Positions 20,725 through 28,537 of a DNA stretch of 64,000 bases are shown piece after piece. This DNA comes from an uncultured Candidatus Saccharibacteria bacterium. Lineage in GTDB: Bacteria > Patescibacteriota > Minisyncoccia > Phycocordibacterales > PALSA-1337. Made by a program: the position numbers and the translations under genes. Location: assembly GCA_964367745.1 (NCBI GenBank), contig CAYIYK010000003.1:10248-74247 (forward strand). Reading direction: 5' to 3'. The notes below the pieces were generated by a model. It was not told the origin of the DNA. It saw nothing but the letters and a program-made list of their open reading frames with translations, and searched no databases. Numbering within the stretch: the first letter of the stretch is position 1; every line of letters begins with the position of its first letter.

Positions 20725-22957
20725 ACTTACCTTCTTCTATTTGCTTTATAGCCTCATCTACTTGAGACTTTATAAGTGGGAATCTTTCTTTTGCTTTCTT
20801 TAGAAGTTCAATCGCTTGGTATTCTTGTTTACTCAATAGATAAACATAAGCTAGAGATGAATATACTTCTTGATTGTCTTGATCTTTAGCTAATATCTTC
20901 TTATATATTTCAATAGCTTTATCGTACTGTTTTGACAATACATAAGCATTTATAACTCTTGGATCGCTGAATACTTCGAAATCATCTCCAAATAGCTTCT
21001 TCGCTTTTACTTCTTCACCTGCCGTTATAAGAGCTGTAACGTAAGTAGTCTTGGCGATTGGATTGTCTGTTGCTGATTGATACGCTTTGTCTAATATCTC
21101 AACTGCTTCTTTATTTTTACCGATATTTAGATAGTTGACGGCTAGTTCAAATATTATACTTTGCTTGTTTGGAGAAAGTTCATTTGCTTTTTCAAGTAGT
21201 GGTGTAGCTGTATTAAAATCTCTTATAGTATCATAATAACTTCCACCAATAATATATATTCTTGCATCATTCGGAGTTTTCTTTATTTGATTTTCTATTT
21301 CTTTCTTTGCCAAATCGTAGAATGCAGCCTTTTTATCTTGTTGCATTTGTGGATTTTGTATTACATTTGCTGAACAATTTAATAGTTGCTCAACCGACTC
21401 TTGATTTGCAACTGTCTGTCTTAGTTTGAATATTTTTTCAAATGGTACTACTGATACTGTTTGAGGATTTGAACAAGCTATAAGTGCATTTATAAGTCCT
21501 GTATTCGCTTGTATAGCGCGCACATTCACAAAATACATTGAAGTAATGAATAAGATAACAACAACAGGTACATATACATAATCTCTTACTGTTTCAGCAT
21601 CTTCAGATATTGATTTGCTGTAATTTTTAAATATAAATAAATCTTTATTCTTTCTTAATGAATGAACAAAAGCGAGCAATGTAAAGAACATTACATAACT
21701 TGTTTGATTGTCGAATACGAATACATTGTGTATTGCATATCCTACCAATAGACCGATAAGTATAGATTTTTCACCAATAGTTTTTTCACTTTTAATGATA
21801 AAGATTAGAGAGATTAAATATAGAGCTAGATACGCAACTAATCCTAGTATTCCTCCGGCAACAAACCAATCTAGGAAAACACTGTGTGCTCGATCAAACC
21901 ATTGCTCATGTCTCCACATTTCAGGATTGTAATGTGAATTGAATATATAGTTAAAGTTCTCTTGCCCAACTCCGATAATTGCTGTCTTTGGGCTCTCTGT
22001 AATTCCCTTTATAGCCATAGGCCAAATAAATCTTCTTGCTTGAGTCTTTGTATCTGAAATAGATATAGAAGCCAATCTTCCCAATACTTCATTCTTTTGA
22101 ATCCAACTAGCATTTCTATTGAAATAAAATAGTGTACCGATAACAACTACTAGTAGAATAACTGAACCAGAAACTACTCTACTTATATTTGATTGACCAC
22201 TACTCTTTCTACCAAAAATTGTATAAATAGCACATGAAGCAATAATAGCAATCGTCCAACCTATGATAGTTCCTCGAGTTGCTGTTTGAAACATTATAAA
22301 AGAGAAAAATGCTGCGGCAATAGCATATGAATAGAACAAATGCTTCTTTGCAAAATAACTTATAGCCAAATATCCCGCAATAAATGCATTAAATAACATA
22401 TAAACCGCCATGTATGCAGAGTTACCTAGAGATGCATCGACTCTACTTCCTTGATGTGTTTCTGCCCAACCGAAAAACTGTGTTAGACCGTAAAGTGCAG
22501 TTATAAATCCAGAAACAATTACAACATTGAAAAACTTATGCCAACTCTCTTTTGTCTTAAGTACTGAAGATAGAACCATGAAATAACCCCAAAGGTGTAT
22601 TATCATCAACCAACCTTCCATTCTTTCGAAGTTTGACCAAATACTTCTAAGTGGATTTAGACCAGCTAAGTCAGCAATCAGAGCAATAAGAGTAAATATA
22701 CCTATAGAAATAGATATTGCATTGCATCGCGGAAGAACACTTCTATCTGTTCCGACAACACTAGTGCCTCTTTCTCTGAAAACAAGAATCAGCCATAGAG
22801 CAAAGACAATTTCAACAATTATTCTAAAAGCGAATCCTTTACCAGTGATGAATGGAAAGAATAAAGAATTAACGACGTAAGTTGGGATAAATGGGATTAC
22901 TGCTAAACCGATAATAATTGCGTATTTGATTAAAGTATTTATTGTTGCATTGTTCAT
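20711..22957 (-). CDS. O-antigen-ligase-like (Wzy_C) polytopic membrane protein with a C-terminal TPR domain
   Basis: 748 aa. About 12 TM helices include the Wzy_C-like block MFQTATRGTIIGW. The C-terminal ~270 aa carry TPR-like repeats (AFYDLAKK, ANELSPNK, AYQSATDN, IEIYKKILAKDQDN). Confidence 0.8.
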   Translation of the reverse strand: MNNATINTLIKYAIIIGLAVIPFIPTYVVNSLFFPFITGKGFAFRIIVEIVFALWLILVFRERGTSVVGTDRSVLPRCNAISISIGIFTLIALIADLAGLNPLRSIWSNFERMEGWLMIIHLWGYFMVLSSVLKTKESWHKFFNVVIVSGFITALYGLTQFFGWAETHQGSRVDASLGNSAYMAVYMLFNAFIAGYLAISYFAKKHLFYSYAIAAAFFSFIMFQTATRGTIIGWTIAIIASCAIYTIFGRKSSGQSNISRVVSGSVILLVVVIGTLFYFNRNASWIQKNEVLGRLASISISDTKTQARRFIWPMAIKGITESPKTAIIGVGQENFNYIFNSHYNPEMWRHEQWFDRAHSVFLDWFVAGGILGLVAYLALYLISLIFIIKSEKTIGEKSILIGLLVGYAIHNVFVFDNQTSYVMFFTLLAFVHSLRKNKDLFIFKNYSKSISEDAETVRDYVYVPVVVILFITSMYFVNVRAIQANTGLINALIACSNPQTVSVVPFEKIFKLRQTVANQESVEQLLNCSANVIQNPQMQQDKKAAFYDLAKKEIENQIKKTPNDARIYIIGGSYYDTIRDFNTATPLLEKANELSPNKQSIIFELAVNYLNIGKNKEAVEILDKAYQSATDNPIAKTTYVTALITAGEEVKAKKLFGDDFEVFSDPRVINAYVLSKQYDKAIEIYKKILAKDQDNQEVYSSLAYVYLLSKQEYQAIELLKKAKERFPLIKSQVDEAIKQIEEGKFRTP

Positions 22958-22992
22958 AATATGGAGATGATATCATATTATGAACATGTTAT

Positions 22993-23940
22993 CTATTGAA
23001 ATTTCTTTAATTTATTGGCTATAAATATATCAGTATCTCTTCTAGATTCATAAGTCATACCTCCTGTATGTGGAGCGATGATTACATTTGAATATTCTTT
23101 TGCAAACTTCACTAATGGATGATTCTTGCAACTATTTTTTGTAAATAGAATCTCACCATCTAGAACGTCAGCTGTATAACCGGCAATCTTTTTTTGCTTT
23201 ATCATAGTCATCAAATCACCTTCATGAACTATTTTGCCTCTTGAAGTATTTATAAGATACGCAGTTTTCTTCATAAGACTCATAGTCTTTTTATTGAAAA
23301 GGAATTCTGTTTCTGGATTCAAATGTACGTGTATAGAAATAAAATCACTTTGTTTTATAAGCTCTTCGAAACTAACTTTTTTCCAATTTAGATTTGATGA
23401 TTCAACTTTTGGATCAGTGAATAGAACTTTCATACCCAAAGCCTCTCCATATCTTGCCATCCATTTTCCAAGTCTACCAAGTCCAACAACTCCCAATGTC
23501 TGACCATTCAGTGAATGCCCTTTGAACTTTTCTCTATTCCATTCCCCCTTTAGAACTGATTGAGTTGAACTAGGAATATGTCTTGAAGAAGATATGAGTA
23601 ATCCCAAAGCTAGTTCAGCAGTGCCAGTAATAGTATTTAGGAAATCATCTTCACCCTTTAGACTTAGAACTTTTATACCCTTTTCCTCAGCGTATTTTAA
23701 ATCGATATGATCCAAACCAGTTGTTGCGGTAACAAGGAACTTTAGATTTTTAGCTTTTGATAGGACTTCACTATTAAAGTTCAATCCCAAACCACAAACT
23801 ACTACATCATATTTTTCTATCTTTTTTAATAGTTCTTGATTTGTAGGTATAACATAATCAACCTTACCTAGAATGTTTAGAATCTTTTTTGCTTCAGGGT
23901 CGAAATCTTTACCGATTGTATTTAGTATTTTGTAGGCCAT
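22993..23940 (-). CDS. D-isomer-specific 2-hydroxyacid dehydrogenase family protein
   Basis: The NAD-binding motif is GVVGLGRLGKWMARYGEALGMKV. INTSRG and IIAPHTGG (catalytic His region) are also present. Confidence 0.85.
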   Translation of the reverse strand: MAYKILNTIGKDFDPEAKKILNILGKVDYVIPTNQELLKKIEKYDVVVCGLGLNFNSEVLSKAKNLKFLVTATTGLDHIDLKYAEEKGIKVLSLKGEDDFLNTITGTAELALGLLISSSRHIPSSTQSVLKGEWNREKFKGHSLNGQTLGVVGLGRLGKWMARYGEALGMKVLFTDPKVESSNLNWKKVSFEELIKQSDFISIHVHLNPETEFLFNKKTMSLMKKTAYLINTSRGKIVHEGDLMTMIKQKKIAGYTADVLDGEILFTKNSCKNHPLVKFAKEYSNVIIAPHTGGMTYESRRDTDIFIANKLKKFQ

Positions 23941-23978
23941 TAAGTAATTATCTATAAAATGAAGGAAAAAGCAAATGG

Positions 23979-24422
23979 TTAAACCTTCGGCACCTTTATT
24001 ATAACCAACCTAGCTTTCGTAGAAGTCTTATGTTGATGTGGCTCTCCAGCAGGAATCCATAACCAATCTCCAGGTTTCATCACAACTTCTGTTCCACCCT
24101 TTATTTCTTTTGCTTTCCATTCCCTATCATCTATACTCCCATCAGCATTCTTTTTTACCCAAGGGTCTACCATTTCTCCTCCATAGATAAAGATAACTTC
24201 TCCTTCAAGACAAAACCATAGATCAGCTTCATGCTTGTGTATCTCTGCTTCATTTGAAATATTTATATCCTCCAATATATTCATAGGAACTTTATTCAAA
24301 GCAGAAAAAGCTTTTAGAGGTTCCAAAAGTTTTTTTGTTGGCGTGTCGGCACTAGGACTTGATAGAGTACTATCGATTAAATCTTTACTGATAAAAGCAC
24401 AATTTGATTTATTATTTTCCAT
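23979..24422 (-). CDS. Cupin-domain protein
   Basis: The two cupin motifs are HKHEADLWFCLEGEV and GDWLWIPAGEPHQH. Confidence 0.7.
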   Translation of the reverse strand: MENNKSNCAFISKDLIDSTLSSPSADTPTKKLLEPLKAFSALNKVPMNILEDINISNEAEIHKHEADLWFCLEGEVIFIYGGEMVDPWVKKNADGSIDDREWKAKEIKGGTEVVMKPGDWLWIPAGEPHQHKTSTKARLVIIKVPKV

Positions 24423-24431
24423 TTAATTTAA

Positions 24432-26312
24432 TTAAAATTTAAATCCTTTTTTCTTTAATTCTTTTAACATGTACTCTGTGATAATCCAATCAAGTGGATA
24501 GTCTATATCTATAGATCTCTCTTTTGGTACTATATACCCTGCAATCTTATCTCCATATAACCTCTCTTCTTTCATAATCAAATCTCTTCTCATACAATAT
24601 ATTGCTGCACTTCTCTTGTATGCTACAGGTAGATCTTGTCTTCTTGTACCTTCTACTTCAGGAACAGAATATGCACTGATGAAGTCACCTTCTAATTTTT
24701 TAATCTTAATTGGATTTACATTACTTGGTACTTCAACTATTGATACTGCACTATCTGCTTTTGTATCTATAAGTTTTTGAATTGTTCCATCGATATCGTC
24801 TATAGTTCTAAAAGGTGAAGTTGGCTGAAGAATAACTACATAGTCGATAGTGATATTATTTTTCTTTTCATAAAAATCTATTGCATGTTGCATTACAGGA
24901 AGATGTGGAGTTGAATCTAGAGCCAATTCTTTTGGTCTCATAAAAGGTACATCTGCACCATACTTCTTACACACATCGGCAATCTCTTTGTCATCTGTTG
25001 AAACGATAAGATGATTTATCAATTTACTTTTCTTTGCAGCATCGATTGTATATGCAATAAGAGGTTTATTGCCAAGTTTCTTTATATTCTTACCCGGAAT
25101 ACCTTTTGACCCTCCGCGAGCTGTAATAACGCCAAGGACGTTTGGAGTTCTGTATTCCCTATCTACATGTTCTTCTGTAAGCGGTTCAAATTTCTTTATA
25201 TCTTTTATTATTTTTTTATCCAAAATATCATGGAAAAGATTCGAGAAAATTCCATTTAGATGAAGTCTTGGTCTCATAGCGTAAACCATATCACTCGTGA
25301 TTATTGTTCCAGCTTTAATATCTCTTGAAGCAACGAGTGTTTTGTTGAAATAAGGTCTAAACTTATTTTGTGCACCTTCCAATTCTTTTTCCTTTTGACC
25401 GTAGAAAATATTTGTATCTATTTTCTTATATTCATTTTTCTTAATACCAGAGACCAATTGTTTCATTTCTTCTGGAGTTACTGAAGCTTTATGGTCTGAA
25501 CCCCAAAGGCCTCGGTCTAGAGAAAAGTGTTTCTCTATAACCTGCGCACCCATTTTTACTGCAGCTAAAGGAATAGTATTATCTCCAACTGAATGATCAG
25601 AAAAACCGATGATCGCTTGAGGGTATTTTTCTCTAAAATATTCTATAGTAGAAAGGTTAAAAGCTTCTGGAGGACATGGATATTCACTAACGCAATATAG
25701 AATAATAATTGGTGACCCACGCTTTGTTATATAGTCAACAACGTCATCCAACTCTTTGTGACTAACCATTCCTGTTGAAATGATTATTGGTTTTTGTGTC
25801 TTTGTAATAAAGTCCAAAAGAACATGATCCTGAACATCACCAGAACCTACTTTCCAGAAAGGTACATCTAGATTCTCAAGCTTAACCGCTGCCATTCTAG
25901 ACATCGGAGTTGAGAAGAATATAATTCCCTTTTTTTCTGAATATCTTTTTATCTCTTTGAAGAATTCTATAGGTGCTTCTTCAGTATTTCTTTTAACCCA
26001 AGAATATCTATCACTGCCTTTGAAGTGCGGAGAAACTACATTTATATTTGCTTGTTCATCTTCAACTTCATGAGTTTGAAATTTCACAGCATGTGCACCA
26101 GCTTTTACTGCTTCGTCGATAAGCTTTTTTGCATTTTTAATATAGACTTTTAGAGGTTGAGACTCTTGTGTTTGTATAAAATTCTTACCGATTTCAGCAA
26201 TAACAAAAACTTTATCTTTTGATATGATCTTAGAGATAGCGTGAGGTTTCACTATTTTTGAATTTTTGTTCTTACTGGCTTTAGAAGATTTAACAGACTT
26301 TTTTGTTTTCAT
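24432..26312 (-). CDS. Fused NeuB-like nonulosonic (sialic) acid synthase plus NeuA-like CMP-acid cytidylyltransferase
   Basis: NeuB blocks: VIAEIGKNF, AVKFQTH, PIIISTGM, VSEYPCPPEAFNL, GFSDHS and VIEKHFSLDR. A SAF-like segment (RDIKAGTIITSDMV) follows. From about aa 393 the sequence VLGVITARGGSKGIPGKNIKKLGNKPLIAYTI is typical of acylneuraminate cytidylyltransferases. Confidence 0.85.
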   Translation of the reverse strand: MKTKKSVKSSKASKNKNSKIVKPHAISKIISKDKVFVIAEIGKNFIQTQESQPLKVYIKNAKKLIDEAVKAGAHAVKFQTHEVEDEQANINVVSPHFKGSDRYSWVKRNTEEAPIEFFKEIKRYSEKKGIIFFSTPMSRMAAVKLENLDVPFWKVGSGDVQDHVLLDFITKTQKPIIISTGMVSHKELDDVVDYITKRGSPIIILYCVSEYPCPPEAFNLSTIEYFREKYPQAIIGFSDHSVGDNTIPLAAVKMGAQVIEKHFSLDRGLWGSDHKASVTPEEMKQLVSGIKKNEYKKIDTNIFYGQKEKELEGAQNKFRPYFNKTLVASRDIKAGTIITSDMVYAMRPRLHLNGIFSNLFHDILDKKIIKDIKKFEPLTEEHVDREYRTPNVLGVITARGGSKGIPGKNIKKLGNKPLIAYTIDAAKKSKLINHLIVSTDDKEIADVCKKYGADVPFMRPKELALDSTPHLPVMQHAIDFYEKKNNITIDYVVILQPTSPFRTIDDIDGTIQKLIDTKADSAVSIVEVPSNVNPIKIKKLEGDFISAYSVPEVEGTRRQDLPVAYKRSAAIYCMRRDLIMKEERLYGDKIAGYIVPKERSIDIDYPLDWIITEYMLKELKKKGFKF

Positions 26313-26348
26313 ATGTTATATCCTATGCTATTTAAAAATTTTTGCAAC

Positions 26349-26379
26349 AAAAAAAATCCACCCAGTAAAACCAGGTGGA
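26349..26379 (-). terminator. Intrinsic terminator after the GC-rich methyltransferase
   Basis: On the minus strand the stem is TCCACC..GGTGGA (26374..26379 / 26357..26362), followed by T8 (the A-run 26349..26356 on the + strand). Confidence 0.6.
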
Positions 26380-26408
26380 AATTGTGTTGAGTGTTCAGTA
26401 CTCGAAGA

Positions 26409-27347
26409 TCAAAGCCTGCGAGCGGTGACCACAACCGACGGGTGGTATGCGGTAAAGTTGAGGAGATTCTGGTCTGCCTCAAAAACGCTACGGATTCCAA
26501 TACCAACAATCTTGAGCTTGTCCTCAATCGGAAGCTTGTCGAGCGGTTCCCAACGGCACCAAGTGGCCCAGGCATTGCGAATGAAATCGACGATTCGACT
26601 CCCAACAACAGGAACGAGGGTTTCATTCACACGGAAGATCTCGAAACCATTTTGCTCGAGAGCAGACTTGAGATCAACAAGCGAGAATGCCTTTGCTTTG
26701 GGTGCCCAGAGATTTTCGCGAGTGAAATCAGGATACTTTGACCGAACATAATTGTAAGCTGCATCGTGCGCAATCCTATAAAGCGGATGCGAGAGTTCGG
26801 TTGTGATCTGATCCGGCCCCGGCTCAGACTTTGACCGGAAATCGTGCAAATTGCACTTCCAATCCGAATAATTGGACGGACCGAAGTCAAAACTGAGAGT
26901 TCCACGAACCTTGAGGCAAGAACTGATTGCTTTCAAGGAAGCATCGAGGGTATCCCGCAAAAGATGAAACATCTGACAACAGACAGCGGCGTCATGAAGA
27001 CCTACAACATGCCGATCCAGAAATTCCGCTTTCATTGTGTAAGCATTCACCCTCGGATTACCCATCAAATTGAGGAGAAGGAAATGCATCATGCTTTCAT
27101 TCGGCTCAACAGCCGAAACGAGCGCCTTCGTCCTCTTGAGAATAACTGCTGTACTGACACCAGTGCCGGCGCCAATCTCCAACACTGAATTGATTCCATT
27201 TTTGTTGGCTTGAATCGCCTCACTAACAACGAATTCAGCCATTTCAGTGTAGTATTTGTCACGACCATTGAAGGCCGAGTATGCTGCGCCGACATTCCCT
27301 TCGAAGAGTTTCGAACCGAGGATTGCACTAACATTACTTGTACTCAT
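26409..27347 (-). CDS. Class I SAM-dependent methyltransferase of foreign composition
   Basis: 312 aa. SAM motif I is VLEIGAGTGVST. The gene is about 50% GC and uses GC-rich codons, unlike its neighbours. Confidence 0.8.
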   Translation of the reverse strand: MSTSNVSAILGSKLFEGNVGAAYSAFNGRDKYYTEMAEFVVSEAIQANKNGINSVLEIGAGTGVSTAVILKRTKALVSAVEPNESMMHFLLLNLMGNPRVNAYTMKAEFLDRHVVGLHDAAVCCQMFHLLRDTLDASLKAISSCLKVRGTLSFDFGPSNYSDWKCNLHDFRSKSEPGPDQITTELSHPLYRIAHDAAYNYVRSKYPDFTRENLWAPKAKAFSLVDLKSALEQNGFEIFRVNETLVPVVGSRIVDFIRNAWATWCRWEPLDKLPIEDKLKIVGIGIRSVFEADQNLLNFTAYHPSVVVTARRL

Positions 27348-27459
27348 TTTTTTAAGAACTGCATCATGACTTTATTATCATGATTTTCGTTTAATCTATA
27401 ACATATTATTGTAAATTTAGCAATAGTACGATATTTAAATATTAAACTATAGAAAATAA

Positions 27460-27488
27460 TTGACGTAATACTTTTTTAATGATATTGT
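27460..27488 (+). promoter_or_regulatory. Promoter for the island transporter gene
   Basis: TTGACG (27460..27465), a 17-nt spacer, then TATTGT (27483..27488). Confidence 0.4.
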
Positions 27489-27523
27489 ATATTAAATTTA
27501 AACAAACAGTTCATTAAAAAAAT

Positions 27524-28477
27524 ATGACAGCAAAAAATGTTGGAAATTGGCAAAAATGGGCCTTCTTGGAAGGAATAACAAGGACCTTATCAAGGACTCT
27601 ACAAAAAGTTGTTGGTTCCGTATCTAACAACTGGGAGAATACCCTACTAGCTGCCGGCATAATCGGTTTTGTTCAAGTTCTGTCAGCTGTAATCATTACA
27701 AGAAAGACGAAAGAAAAACTTCTGTGTGATCCAGCAGGAATCATCGGCTGTTTGATTTTTGGTCTTATAGCTCTAGTATGTACTGTATTAGGCTTCGCAA
27801 CTTTCCTTTATGGAGGAGATATTACTGTTAGTACTTTTATCATTGCCCTGTCCATCATTCCAAGTATGATAATCGACATCGTCTTCTTCAACTACAAATC
27901 TAGTCGTAGAGAATGGATTGGGATTTTTGTGGCGGTTATAGCTGGTTGGGCAGTTCTAGACTTCCCAAACTTAGCTAGCATGCTTAAGTTGCCTATGTGG
28001 GTAGGCCTTTCATTCATCACCATGATCCTTGTGGCAATAAATCAAGGAATCACACAATCAATCAAAGATATTTCCCCGATGTTCAAAAACTTCTGGGGTG
28101 GTATGGTGGCACTAATACTGTCACCAGTTATCATGATCGTGATTGGCAAAGGTGGATTCTTACTCAGTTTCCCAGATAATAAAGTACTATGGTTTACCTC
28201 AGCTATGATTGGGATCATAGTGATAGCCATATGGTCTTTCAACCTTCTGAGCTACAAGGACGGTGCGAGTATCGCATTAAAAAAACTTGTAGTAAGTAGT
28301 ATTTACTTTATCAGTACCACGTTTCTTGGAAGCATCGTATTTAACGAAGCAATGACTGCTGGGAAAATTATTGCAATCCCTCTTTTTATTATTTCATACT
28401 TCCTTATGAGTAAGGAAGCCTACAATTTCGTACTAGCGAAGCGGATACCGAAGTGGATAAAGTGGATATTGAAGTGA
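27524..28477 (+). CDS. About 10-TM membrane protein, possibly a DMT/EamA-type transporter
   Basis: 317 aa with about 10 hydrophobic helices in two halves. GC is elevated (~45% by hand count). It uses a TGA stop, whereas the native + strand CDS stops I read (4207, 6628, 11114, 12881, 14791, 15987, 17364, 20724) are all TAA. Confidence 0.55.
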   Translation: MTAKNVGNWQKWAFLEGITRTLSRTLQKVVGSVSNNWENTLLAAGIIGFVQVLSAVIITRKTKEKLLCDPAGIIGCLIFGLIALVCTVLGFATFLYGGDITVSTFIIALSIIPSMIIDIVFFNYKSSRREWIGIFVAVIAGWAVLDFPNLASMLKLPMWVGLSFITMILVAINQGITQSIKDISPMFKNFWGGMVALILSPVIMIVIGKGGFLLSFPDNKVLWFTSAMIGIIVIAIWSFNLLSYKDGASIALKKLVVSSIYFISTTFLGSIVFNEAMTAGKIIAIPLFIISYFLMSKEAYNFVLAKRIPKWIKWILK

Positions 28478-28507
28478 TGTCTAAGTAAATACAGTAATCT
28501 CTCAAAG

Positions 28508-28537
28508 CCCTCACGTAAAAAGCGTGGGGGTCTTTTT
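28508..28537 (+). terminator. Intrinsic terminator after the island transporter
   Basis: An 8-bp stem CCCTCACG (28508..28515) / CGTGGGGG (28523..28530) with one G-U pair is followed by TCTTTTT. It overlaps the neuC stop codon. Confidence 0.65.

Larger units (their letters stand above)
26340..28537. other. Compositional island of ~45-50% GC with two divergent genes, lying between neuBA and neuC
   Basis: Hand counts give 61/120 G+C at 26401..26520 and 27/60 at 27601..27660. This compares with 22/60 in neuBA coding DNA (25981..26040). The ORF track shows six overlapping spurious ORFs on both strands in this region. Terminators point outward at both ends. Confidence 0.75.

Noticed and set aside
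26266-27334. Six overlapping ORFs (26266..26751+, 26309..26626-, 26391..26741+, 26627..26905-, 26844..27188+, 27089..27334-) that might suggest dense overlapping coding
   Set aside because: They are a by-product of the locally high GC, which makes stop codons rare. Only the 312-aa minus-strand frame has a SAM-binding motif and spans the whole region.
26313-28537. Whether the GC-rich island is a transposon, IS or integrative element
   Set aside because: I could see no transposase or integrase gene, no terminal inverted repeats, no flanking direct repeats and no tRNA target. I report it as a compositional island only.
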